From NCBI GenBank assembly GCA_041394745.1, contig JAWKHP010000003.1:29110-93109 (forward strand): DNA of 64,000 nucleotides. The letters are read 5' to 3'. The stretch comes from Thermoanaerobaculia bacterium. Lineage in GTDB: Bacteria; Acidobacteriota; Thermoanaerobaculia; Multivoradales; JAHEKO01. Every line of letters starts with the position of its first letter. Positions within the stretch are counted from its first letter, which is position 1. The notes beneath the pieces are model-generated. The model made no database searches, was not told where the DNA came from, and saw only the letters and a program-made list of their open reading frames with translations. The position numbers were made by a program, and so were the translations under genes. This document shows positions 46,767-58,605 of the stretch, in pieces.

Positions 46767-47162
46767 TCATGGCGCCGTGCCGGCGGCGTCGCGGAGCGCG
46801 GCCAGCCGGGCCAGGGTGTAGGCGCCGACCGCCATCGCGAGGTCGCGCACCGCCACGTCGAAGCTGCCGAGGGCGAGGAGGTTGATCGCGATGAGACAGA
46901 GCCATGCGGCGGCGATCCAGGCGCCGAGCCTCGGCCAGCGCGTGAGCACCATGCACCCGACCGCCATCTCGACGACTCCGACGACGTGGAGCAGGGTCGT
47001 GGGCTCCAGCGGGACGAAGGAGGCGACCGCGGGCGACAGGTACTCGGGCCAGTCGGCGAGGAGGTTGAAGAACTTGTCGAGCCCGGCGAGCAGCGGCACC
47101 AGGGAGTAGGTGAGCCGGAGCGGCCGGTAGACCGAGTCGGGGACGGGCGAGTGATCGGACAT
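46767..47162 (-). CDS. DoxX-family membrane protein, upstream of and co-directional with the ECF sigma gene
   Basis: The Met at 47162 gives MSDHSPVPDSVYRPLRLTYSLVPLLAGLDKFFNLLADWPEYL... with four hydrophobic helices. A 25-nt gap separates it from the sigma factor start. Confidence 0.6.
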   Translation of the reverse strand: MSDHSPVPDSVYRPLRLTYSLVPLLAGLDKFFNLLADWPEYLSPAVASFVPLEPTTLLHVVGVVEMAVGCMVLTRWPRLGAWIAAAWLCLIAINLLALGSFDVAVRDLAMAVGAYTLARLAALRDAAGTAP

Positions 47163-47444
47163 GCGATCTCCTTTCCCCGATAGAGAGTCGCCCGGATCCG
47201 GATCGTTACGAGGTGGGAAAGAACGGGGCAGTCCTCCCGGGAACGCTTCCGCGGGGTGGGAGCCCGCGCGTCGCAGGAGAGCGCGCCGGCGGCGTCGCGC
47301 GGGCTCCGATGCGTCCGGCACGCCCCTTGCTCTCTAGGGGAGCACGGGAAGCGAGAGGCGTCACCTTCCCGACGACACCGACCGAACGATGAACCGACGC
47401 GGGGGACGAACGACGCCGCGGCCCCCGGCAGAGAGGAACCAGGA

Positions 47445-47765
47445 ATGAAGATCAATCGACTCGGACTCGCAGTCGCCCTCGTGGCGACTCTCCTCGCGCT
47501 CGGCACGGTCGCCACCCTGGCGGCCCAGGACGAAGGCTCCATGGACATGGAGAAGGCTCCCGTGACGTTGACCGGTCAGCTCAACGAGTCGGCCGACGGC
47601 GGCTACGTGCTCGTCGAGCCGGAGAGCGGCGAGGAGATCGTGGTCGACGGACCCGGTCTCGCCGACCACGTGGGCTCCAAGGTGACCGTCACCGGTACCT
47701 GGGAGACCGACGAGGACGGCAACACCTACCTGGCCGTCACCGAGGTGAAGGAGAGCGACGCCTAG
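47445..47765 (+). CDS. small secreted protein (106 aa)
   Basis: The ATG at 47445 is preceded by gagaggaaccagga. The signal peptide is MKINRLGLAVALVATLLALGTVATLAAQ. Confidence 0.5.
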   Translation: MKINRLGLAVALVATLLALGTVATLAAQDEGSMDMEKAPVTLTGQLNESADGGYVLVEPESGEEIVVDGPGLADHVGSKVTVTGTWETDEDGNTYLAVTEVKESDA

Positions 47766-47838
47766 GAGGCCTCGCAAGAGGCGGCCTCGCCCGGGTCGCG
47801 ACCGTTAGCCTGCCGGTCGCGGCCCGGTGCCGAGGCCA

Positions 47839-48528
47839 TCAGTAGGTCCGGGTCGACCGCGTGCGCACGGCGTAGTCGGCCTCGCAGCCGTCGGCGACCA
47901 CCGAGTACTCCGCGAGCGCGTCGTCTCGTCCCGTCGTCCGTCGTTTCGAGGACGAAGGTGAGCGTGTCGCGCAGCGGAAGGCCTTCGGCCAGGTCGCCCG
48001 GATCCGGATAGAGCAGGCCGCCGCCGAAGATCGGCAGCGTCGCGTCGGGCCGACCGGCGAAGCGTACGTGGGTGTTGCCCACCAGCACGACCCGCACGTC
48101 CTCGCTTCCCCACTCGATCTCGGCCGCCATGCTCGCCGCCCGATCCGCGGAGCCCGGAGGGTCGAGGGGGTGCACCACGGCGCGTGACTCGTCGAGGAGC
48201 GAGCGGAAGGCCTCGGCGTTGAACAGCGGTGCCAGTCGGCTGCACTCCAACGCCCGCGGCGGGCACCGGGTGCTCAGGCCTTCGACGTAGAGGCCCACGT
48301 CGAGTCCGCGATCGACGAGACCGTTCACCAGGTCGACGGTGAACTTCTTCACCGGCCCGACCGCATGACGCTCGCCGATGAAGAGGTAGTGGGGACGGTC
48401 GCGCTCGACGCGGGTGAGCACGTCGCCGAGGGTCGTGTCGATCCCCGGTCCGCAGAGGGCGCCCAGAGCTGCCGTCGTGAGGACGGAGAGGGTGCAGGTC
48501 GCGGCGGCGCAGGGGCGAGTCGACTCAT
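47839..48528 (-). CDS. ChaN/Tiki-like haem-binding lipoprotein with about two apparent frameshifts
   Basis: The GERH motif appears in HYLFIGERHAVGPVKKF. A probable start MSRLAP switches frame into CAAATCTLSVLTTAALGALCGPG (lipobox). A corrected tail reads ...DDALAEYSVVADGCEADYAVRTRSTRTY*. Confidence 0.4.
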
Positions 48529-48611
48529 CGGAAAGCGGCCCGAGAATAGCCGACGCCCCCGCCCTTCGCCCACCTGTATGGGTGGGAGGCGGGCTGCTAC
48601 CATGCGGCGCG

Positions 48612-49857
48612 GTGTCCTTCCGGCCCATCTTCCTCACCGTGGTCCTCGCCACGGCGCTGGTCGTCGCGGCGTTCGTGCTTCACGGCGAGAGGCCGGCGAT
48701 CGAGCGGGAGCAGCCGACCGCCGCGCTGGCGCGTGCCACCGGCAAGTGCGCCGAGTGCCACGCGCGGGAGACGCCGGGCGTCGTGCACGAGTTCGAGACC
48801 AGCCGGCACGCGGCGCGGGGCGTCAGCTGCCTGGACTGTCACCGGCCGGCGGAGGGTCAGGAGGAGGTCGATCATCAGGGCTTCGTCATTTCGGGCACGG
48901 TGACCGCCAAGAGCTGCTCCACGCCACCGCGGGCAGTACGAGCAGTACCTTCGCAGCCGGCATGCGGCGCCCGCGTGGGCGGCGGTCCGGGGAGCGGGTG
49001 ACTTCTCGGCCGCGCAGGTGGCGGCGGCGGAGGCGTTGCACCCGGGAGCGGTGGACCGCCCGGCCAACGCGTTGGCGGCGCTCGAAGGGGGACCCGCCCA
49101 GACGAGCGGGTGCCAGCGCTGCCACGACGTCGGCCGGCCCAACGCCGACGGCTCGATCGGTGCCTGCACGGCGTGCCACGCGCGCCACGCGGCTTCGATC
49201 GAGCTCGCCCGCACGCCGGAGACGTGCGGCCAGTGCCACATGGGTCCCGACCACTCCCAGATCGAGATCTACCGCGAGTCGAAGCACGGCGTCCTGTTCC
49301 ACACCCAGAGGGCGTCGATGAACCTGGGGGCCGATCCGAAGCGCCTCACCACCCGGGACATGCCCGTGCCCACCTGCGCCACCTGTCACATGAGCGGCCT
49401 GGAGGGTGCCAAGGTCACCCACGACACCACCGAGCGCCTCTCCTACTGGCTCTTCGCGGAGGTCTCCGAGCGCCGGCCGGCGGCGACCCGGGGAGCGCAG
49501 GAGATGCAGGATCTGTGCGCCAACTGCCACGCGCGGGACTCGATCGAGCGTTTCTACGCCCAGGCGGCGGACGTGGTCACGCGGACCAACGACCTGGTCC
49601 GCCGCGGCAGGGAGGTGATCGAAGGCCTGAGGGCCGAGCACCGCCTCTCGCCCGAGCCCTTCGACGAGCCGATCGAGTTCGCCTACTTCGACCTCTGGCA
49701 CTACTACGGACGAACCGCCAAGCACGGCGCCTTCATGGGCGGAGCCGACTTCGTCCAGTGGCACGGGTTCTACGAGCTGACCCACGGTCTCGCCGAGATC
49801 GAGGACGAGGCGGCACGGCTGCGCGGGGTGGAGGCCGGTGCGACGCCGGCTCCCTGA
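48612..49857 (+). CDS. multihaem (probably octahaem) c-type cytochrome, HAO/Otr-like, split by an indel near 48930
   Basis: A GTG start gives the signal anchor VSFRPIFLTVVLATALVVAAFVLHG. CxxCH motifs are CAECH and CLDCH (frame of ORF 48414), then CQRCH, CTACH, CGQCH, CATCH and CANCH (frame of ORF 49018). A shifted reading gives ...AKSCSTCHRGQYEQYLRSRHAAPAWAAVRGAGDFSAAQVAAAEALHPGAV with a possible eighth CSTCH. Confidence 0.65.
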
Positions 49858-50695
49858 GTCCCTCGCCCGCCCGTCCCTCCAGGTCGAGCTCTTCGTGCTC
49901 GCCAACCTGGCCTTCCTTTCGCTCGACATCGCGGTCGCCCATTCGGTCAATCGCTTCGCCGAGCCCGCCGAGTGGCTGCCGCTGGCCTTCTCCCTCCTGG
50001 CACCGTGGGTACTCCTGGTCGCCCTCTGGCTGGACCGCTGGCGGCCGGGGAGGCAAGGGCGCGGCCGCACCCTCGGTCTCGCGGTGGGCTGGGGGAGCGT
50101 CGCCGTCGGCGTGGGGGGTCTGCTCTTCCACCTCGACAGCCGCTTCTTCGCCGAGCAGACCCTCGAAAACCTCGTCTACACGGCGCCGTTCGTCGCCCCG
50201 TTGGCCTACACCGGTCTCGGGCTGCTGCTGCTGTTGGACCGCACCGTCTCCGATCGCGAGCCGGAGTGGGCCCGCTGGGTGCTGCTGCTCGCGGCAGGAG
50301 GCTTCGCCGGCAACTTCGTCCTCAGCCTCGCCGACCACGCGCAGAACGGCTTCTTCGACCCCCGGGAGTGGATCGCCGTGGGTGCTGCCGCCCTGGGCCT
50401 CTCGACCCTGCTGGTAGCGACCGTCTCGCGCCCGAGCCGGGGATGGCTGCGTTTCGTGATCGGCATCCTGATCCTCGAGGCGCTCGTCGGTCTCCTCGGC
50501 GCCTGGCTGCACTGGCGGGCGATTCTCGCGAGCCCCATGAGCCGGCCGCTGGAGCGGGTCGTCTACTCGGCACCCGCCTTCGCGCCGCTTCTCTTCCCCA
50601 ACCTCGCCCTGCTCGCCGCGCTCGCCGTGGCGGCGGCTCGGCCCGACAGTGAACCCGGCGTCCTCTCGAGCGTAGAAGGGGACCAGGCCGGCTGA
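49838..50695 (+). CDS. polytopic membrane protein (about 7-8 TM helices) overlapping the cytochrome gene end
   Basis: A 285-aa ORF with a GTG start, hydrophobic throughout (LFVLANLAFLSLDIAVAHSV...FVLSLADHAQNGFFDPREWIAVGAAALGLSTLL...). Confidence 0.55.
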   Translation: MRRRLPESLARPSLQVELFVLANLAFLSLDIAVAHSVNRFAEPAEWLPLAFSLLAPWVLLVALWLDRWRPGRQGRGRTLGLAVGWGSVAVGVGGLLFHLDSRFFAEQTLENLVYTAPFVAPLAYTGLGLLLLLDRTVSDREPEWARWVLLLAAGGFAGNFVLSLADHAQNGFFDPREWIAVGAAALGLSTLLVATVSRPSRGWLRFVIGILILEALVGLLGAWLHWRAILASPMSRPLERVVYSAPAFAPLLFPNLALLAALAVAAARPDSEPGVLSSVEGDQAG

Positions 50696-50725
50696 TGTGC
50701 TAAAAAAACTGCAGGAGGACGTCCA

Positions 50726-54004
<3,279 letters not shown>

Positions 54005-54007
54005 AGG

Positions 54008-54140
54008 GCAAGAAAAGAGGGACAGGATCACTTTTCAACGCCCCGATCGCCTCCGTTCCCGGCGTCGGGGAGAAAAAGGGATCCTGTCCCTCTTTTTTCT
54101 GCGGCCTCCCGGGGTGGGACCGGGAGGCCGCGAGGGAGGG
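54008..54140. terminator. bidirectional terminator region between the convergent tricorn and giant-protein genes, with nested hairpins
   Basis: Long stem AAGAAAAGAGGGACAGGATC (54011-54030) pairs with GATCCTGTCCCTCTTTTTTCT (54080-54100) and ends in a T run. A second stem is CGGCCTCCCGG(ggtgggac)CGGGAGGCCG at 54102-54130. Confidence 0.45.
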
Positions 54141-54142
54141 CC

Positions 54143-57100
54143 CTAGTTGGCGCAGATGGCGATGTCGTCGACGCCGGCCTCGATCAGGTCGCCGCTGGCG
54201 GTGCCGTCGGAGGCCTGGACGCGGAAGCGGACGCTGGAGCCCGCCGGGACCGCGGTGGTCGCCTCGGTCCACGCGGCGTTGCTGGTGACGTCGCCGAGGG
54301 AGACCATCGGGGTCCAGGTCGAGCCGCCGTTGGTGGAGATCTCGAGGCGGAAGAAGTCGCCGCTCGGATCGCCGCCGGCGTCGCGCTGGCCGTGGAAGTA
54401 CCAGACCGAGACGTCGGACGACTCGCTCACCGGGTAGACCGGCGACAGCGCGATGCAGTTGCCGCCGTCGACGTCGTCGGTGCCCGCCGCCGTGTTGACG
54501 GCGGTGAAGAAGGCGTTGCCCGTCCCGGTCGTGTGGTCGCCGCCGACCTGGGTGACGACCCCGCCGTTGGTGACCTGGGTGGGCGTGCCGACGACGAAGG
54601 CACCGGTCGTGCAAGTGCTGGAACCGCTGTTGGTCCAGCCCTCGGCGCCGCCGCTGAAGTGCGCGTCGACGCTGCACGCGGAGGCCGTTCCTCCGGTCAC
54701 CACGACGTCGTCGACGAACCACCCGGTGAAGTTGTTGAAGGAGCCGTCGATCGAGTCGAAGCGGAACCGGATCTGGATGTCGTTGCCGGCGAAGGCGGCG
54801 AGAGAGATCGGTCCGCTGGAGACCCAGGCGGCGGTCGAGGCGTTGGTGGAGTCACGCGACCACACCGTCGTCCACGAGCCGCTGCCGGCCACCGAGACGG
54901 CGACCTGCGTCTGGTCGAAGGAGCCTCCGGCGTAGGACTCGACGACCCGGTAGTAGTCGAACGAGAGCTCCGAGGAGGCGGTGACTCCGCTGATGGCCGG
55001 GGAGATCAGATCGCCGGTGGTGTCGCCCGCGTTGTAGGTGCAGGTGGAGTTCTGACCGTAGTAGACCGACGAGACCGGGGAGGAGTAGCCGGGGCTGGCG
55101 CAGCCGGAGCTCGACACCAGGTGCCACAGGCCACTCGTGGTCCAACCGGAGAGACCGCTCTCGAAGTCCTCTTCGAACGGGTTGCCGCCGCCGGCCGGCG
55201 TGATCGTGATGCCGATCGCGTCGGAGTCGGAGAGGCCGCCGGAGTCGGTGACCGAGGCGGTGATGGTGTGGCTGCCGATCGAGAGTGAGCTGGTGGAGAA
55301 CGAGGCCCCGGAGCCGATGGCCCCGTCGAGGCTCGAGGTCCACGACAGGCTCGAGGAGAGCGGACCGTCCTCGGCGTCCGTGGCGGTGCCGCTGAACGAG
55401 ATCGAGCTGCCGACGACGAAGGAGGCACCGTTCGACGGTGCGGTGATCGTCACGCTCGGCGGCGTGTTGGACGCACCACCGCCGGTGACGACGACGTCGT
55501 CGACGAACCACCCGGTGAAGTTGTTGAAGCTGCCGTCGATCGAGTCGAAGCGGAAGCGGATCCGGATGTCGTTTCCGGCGAAGCCGGCGAGGGAGATCGC
55601 ACCGCTGGCGGCCCAGGCCGCGGTCGAGGCGTTGGTGGAGTCGCGCGACCAGACCGTCGTCCACGAGCCGCTGCCGGCCACCGAGACGGCGACCTGCGTC
55701 TGATCGTAGGAGCCTCCGGCGTAGGACTCGACGACCCGGTAGTAGTCGAACGAGAGCTCCGAGGAGGCGGTGATGCCGGTGACGACGGGCGAGATGAGGT
55801 CACCGGTGGTGTCCCCCGCGTCGTACGTGCAGGTCGAGTTCTGACCGTAGTAGAGCGAGGAGACCGGTGAAGAGTAGCCGGGGCTGGCGCATCCGGAGCT
55901 CGAGACCAGGTGCCACAAGCCGCTCGTGGTCCAGGCCCCGAGGCCACCCTCGAAGTCCTCGTGCAGGCGCTCGCCGCCCGCCGAGGTGATGGTCACGCTG
56001 ATCGAGTCGGAGCCCGAGGCGCCGCCCGAGTCGGTGACCGAAGCGGTGATGGTGTGGGTGCCCACCGACAGCGAGCTGATGGAGAACGACGCGCCGGAGC
56101 CGATCGAGCCGTCGCGACTCGAGGTCCAGGAGAGGCTCGAGGAAAGCGGGCCGTCCTCGGCGTCGGTGGCCGTCCCCGCGAACGAGACGGACGCACCCTC
56201 GGCGAAGCTGGAACCGTCGGCCGGGGCCGTGATCGTCACCACCGGGGCCTGATTGACCGGTCCGCCGCACCCCGGAATGCTGAAGGCGCCGACGTGGGTG
56301 CGCCAGGAGGCGCTGCTGGTCGAGGCCAGGTACTCGGTGGTGAACCAGAAGGTGCAGTCGTCCGCCGGGTCGAGCTCCATCGAGGCGTAGTCGCCCCAGC
56401 GCGCGGCGCTGTGGGTCTGTGAGCCGCCGCCGGCGAGCAGCACGGACTCGGCCTCGAGCGTGCCGAGGGGGTCGCCGGCGTCGCGCGTGGCGTAGTAGAT
56501 CGACGGGAAGTTGCTGGCGTTGCCGCGGCTGTAGCCGAGCGCGATGTTGCCGGAGCCGTCCATGGCGATGGAGGGCATCCAGCGGTGCACGGCGTCGGGC
56601 GAGTGCGTGCCCTGCTGATAGAGGGTCCAGCCCGCGCCGGTATCGCGCAGCTCGAACCAGCGCGGAGCCGCCCGGTTGCCGGTGGAATTGACGTCCACCG
56701 TCCAGGCACCCACGAGGGTCTCGTGACTGCCGAAGTTGCGATAGACGAGGCGCTGCATCGGCCACCACGAGGCGCTGTCGATGCCCTGGCTCGTGCCGGG
56801 CTGCGGGATGCAGTTGGAGACGAAGAAGCCGCACACGGTCCAGTTGAAGTTGGCGAGCCCCTGGCTCGGAGTGATCGAGCGCACGAGGCTGATCGAGGAG
56901 CTCGACGGGGTGTTCCAGTCGACGTGGAACTCGTAGACGTCGAGCGAGTCCGTCGCCGGGGAGCCGAAGTAGGGCTCACCGCCGTCCCGGAAGCTGTAGA
57001 ACGTTCCGGGCCTGTTGGCCGGCGGCGGCGTGGCGCCGTCGGAATCGGCGGGCATCATCAGGTTGGGGAAGCTCTGGAAGAACTGCATCGGCCGCGCCGT

Positions 57101-58387
57101 CTGCCCCGCGATCATCCGCGCGCGGTCGATGGCGAAGACGTCGTACTGGTTCTGGGAGCCGGAGTTGGTGCCCATGAAGTACGCGTTGTTGTTCGCCGCC
57201 GGCCAGACACCGAGCTTGAAGTAGTCGGGGAATCGCGGGGTGACGACCTCGTAGAGGTACCAGGAGCCGGTGGGGTCGGGGGTCTGCGAGACGGCGAAGC
57301 ACACCGACTCGTTGTTGTTCGAGACCGCGAACTGGGAGAGGACGAAGCGGTTCGCCTGCTGGTCGTAGAGGGCGATCGCGTCGCCGTCGTTGAAACTCTG
57401 GCACGGTCCGCCGAAGCCCGACCACAGTGAGCTGGTGTTGGTCGGGCCGGTGAGCTTGGTGCCGCTCTTGTCGTAGATGGCGAAGGAGAGGTTGACGACC
57501 TGGATGTAGTGGTTCGGACCGACCGTTCCCTCGGTGTCGGGAGGCAGCACGCCGTTGACGTTGTTGATGCCCTCGAAGTCGAGCGACAGGGAGGGCGTGC
57601 GGCCGGGGGCCTCTGCGCCCGGACCGGCGAGGACGTCCTCGGACTTCGGGGCGGTGGTACCGAAGAGGTTGCCGTTCTCGTCGAAGAGGGTCTCGTGGCG
57701 CAGCTCGTTGACCTCTTCGCCGCGGTCCTTCAGGGTGCCGGTGACGGCGAGCGGCAGGTCGCGGACGGGGAGGGAGAGGCGCGGCCCGAGCACCGGCACC
57801 TCGAAGGGCCGGCGCCGGGTGCCGTGGTCGTTGCGGTCACCGCGCGTGCCGCCGCCGTCGGCCATCGGTCGCAAGATGGCGGCCTGGACGGCGCTCGCGC
57901 CGCCGGGGATCCGGTATCCCTCGAAGTGCGGCCCGGGGGCGCCCGGCGTGCGGACTCCCGCGGCCACCAGCACGGACTCGAGCGTGTGTCCCGCCGGGAG
58001 GATGCCCACGCGCGGCCCGTAGGCCAGGCCGTCCAACGTGAGCTCGAGCTCGACCTCGGGGCAGGCCGCGAAGACGTCCTGCAGGGAGGCGAGCAGGCTG
58101 CCGGGGGCGGCCTCACCGCGGCCGAGATCGATCGAGAAGTCGCCATGGCGCATGGTGGTCGGCGGCAGGGTCTCGGCATAGAGCTCCGCCCCCTCGGGGT
58201 CGAAGTAGCGGGCCGTGACCGAGACGGTGCCGTCGAGCGGCTGGCCCGCGGCGTCGAGCGCCCGACCGCGGTAACCGAGATGCTCGGGTACCGAGACGGC
58301 CGCGACCGGCAGCGCGCCGAACAGGAGGATGCAGGCGGCGGTCGCCGCCCACGCGCTCAGGGGAGCTCTCGAGGTGCAACGGATCAT
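54143..58387 (-). CDS. giant secreted multidomain protein (1413 aa): N-terminal region, propeller-like domain, two tandem PKD/Ig-like plus MAM/LamG-like jelly-roll modules, and a C-terminal MAM-like domain
   Basis: The Met at 58387 (ggagaa RBS) gives the signal MIRCTSRAPLSAWAATAACILLFGALPVAAVSV. The Ig-like region reads ITAPADGSSF...ITASVTDSGG. The jelly-roll region starts EDFE(G/S)GL(G/S)(A/G)WTTSGLWHLVSS...FDYYRVVESYAGGS...FRFDSIDGSFNNFTGWFVDDVVV. The gene is intact over 4.2 kb. Confidence 0.7.
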   Translation of the reverse strand: MIRCTSRAPLSAWAATAACILLFGALPVAAVSVPEHLGYRGRALDAAGQPLDGTVSVTARYFDPEGAELYAETLPPTTMRHGDFSIDLGRGEAAPGSLLASLQDVFAACPEVELELTLDGLAYGPRVGILPAGHTLESVLVAAGVRTPGAPGPHFEGYRIPGGASAVQAAILRPMADGGGTRGDRNDHGTRRRPFEVPVLGPRLSLPVRDLPLAVTGTLKDRGEEVNELRHETLFDENGNLFGTTAPKSEDVLAGPGAEAPGRTPSLSLDFEGINNVNGVLPPDTEGTVGPNHYIQVVNLSFAIYDKSGTKLTGPTNTSSLWSGFGGPCQSFNDGDAIALYDQQANRFVLSQFAVSNNNESVCFAVSQTPDPTGSWYLYEVVTPRFPDYFKLGVWPAANNNAYFMGTNSGSQNQYDVFAIDRARMIAGQTARPMQFFQSFPNLMMPADSDGATPPPANRPGTFYSFRDGGEPYFGSPATDSLDVYEFHVDWNTPSSSSISLVRSITPSQGLANFNWTVCGFFVSNCIPQPGTSQGIDSASWWPMQRLVYRNFGSHETLVGAWTVDVNSTGNRAAPRWFELRDTGAGWTLYQQGTHSPDAVHRWMPSIAMDGSGNIALGYSRGNASNFPSIYYATRDAGDPLGTLEAESVLLAGGGSQTHSAARWGDYASMELDPADDCTFWFTTEYLASTSSASWRTHVGAFSIPGCGGPVNQAPVVTITAPADGSSFAEGASVSFAGTATDAEDGPLSSSLSWTSSRDGSIGSGASFSISSLSVGTHTITASVTDSGGASGSDSISVTITSAGGERLHEDFEGGLGAWTTSGLWHLVSSSGCASPGYSSPVSSLYYGQNSTCTYDAGDTTGDLISPVVTGITASSELSFDYYRVVESYAGGSYDQTQVAVSVAGSGSWTTVWSRDSTNASTAAWAASGAISLAGFAGNDIRIRFRFDSIDGSFNNFTGWFVDDVVVTGGGASNTPPSVTITAPSNGASFVVGSSISFSGTATDAEDGPLSSSLSWTSSLDGAIGSGASFSTSSLSIGSHTITASVTDSGGLSDSDAIGITITPAGGGNPFEEDFESGLSGWTTSGLWHLVSSSGCASPGYSSPVSSVYYGQNSTCTYNAGDTTGDLISPAISGVTASSELSFDYYRVVESYAGGSFDQTQVAVSVAGSGSWTTVWSRDSTNASTAAWVSSGPISLAAFAGNDIQIRFRFDSIDGSFNNFTGWFVDDVVVTGGTASACSVDAHFSGGAEGWTNSGSSTCTTGAFVVGTPTQVTNGGVVTQVGGDHTTGTGNAFFTAVNTAAGTDDVDGGNCIALSPVYPVSESSDVSVWYFHGQRDAGGDPSGDFFRLEISTNGGSTWTPMVSLGDVTSNAAWTEATTAVPAGSSVRFRVQASDGTASGDLIEAGVDDIAICAN
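54702..56280. repeat. intragenic tandem duplication, 2 x 789 bp at about 93-95% nucleotide identity (encodes the duplicated PKD+MAM module)
   Basis: 'acgacgtcgtcgacgaaccacccggtgaagttgttgaag' occurs at 54702 and again at 55491. The alignment continues for about 790 bp with scattered substitutions. Confidence 0.7.
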
Positions 58388-58605
58388 CGTGGTTCTCCTT
58401 CCGACGGCATCCGCCGTCCGGTGGAAACAGACTGATTGCCGGTCGTTCGGGCCGGTGCGGCCGGCGCGGCCGCCCGTGGAAGCGCATCGCCGGTGGACCG
58501 TGCGCCACGCTCTCTGGGGCTTGTTTGACCTCAGATTTAGCACAAGCCGCGGCACGCCCGCGTGACGTGGTCCACAGCGGCCCTCATCGGGCCCTCATCG
58601 TTTCC

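Noticed and set aside
54392-58435. Plus-strand ORFs 54392..55288, 55137..55703, 56585..57430 and 57509..58435 inside the giant gene
   Set aside because: They are antisense to an intact 4.2-kb gene with coherent domain architecture. Their repetition simply mirrors the 789-bp duplication.
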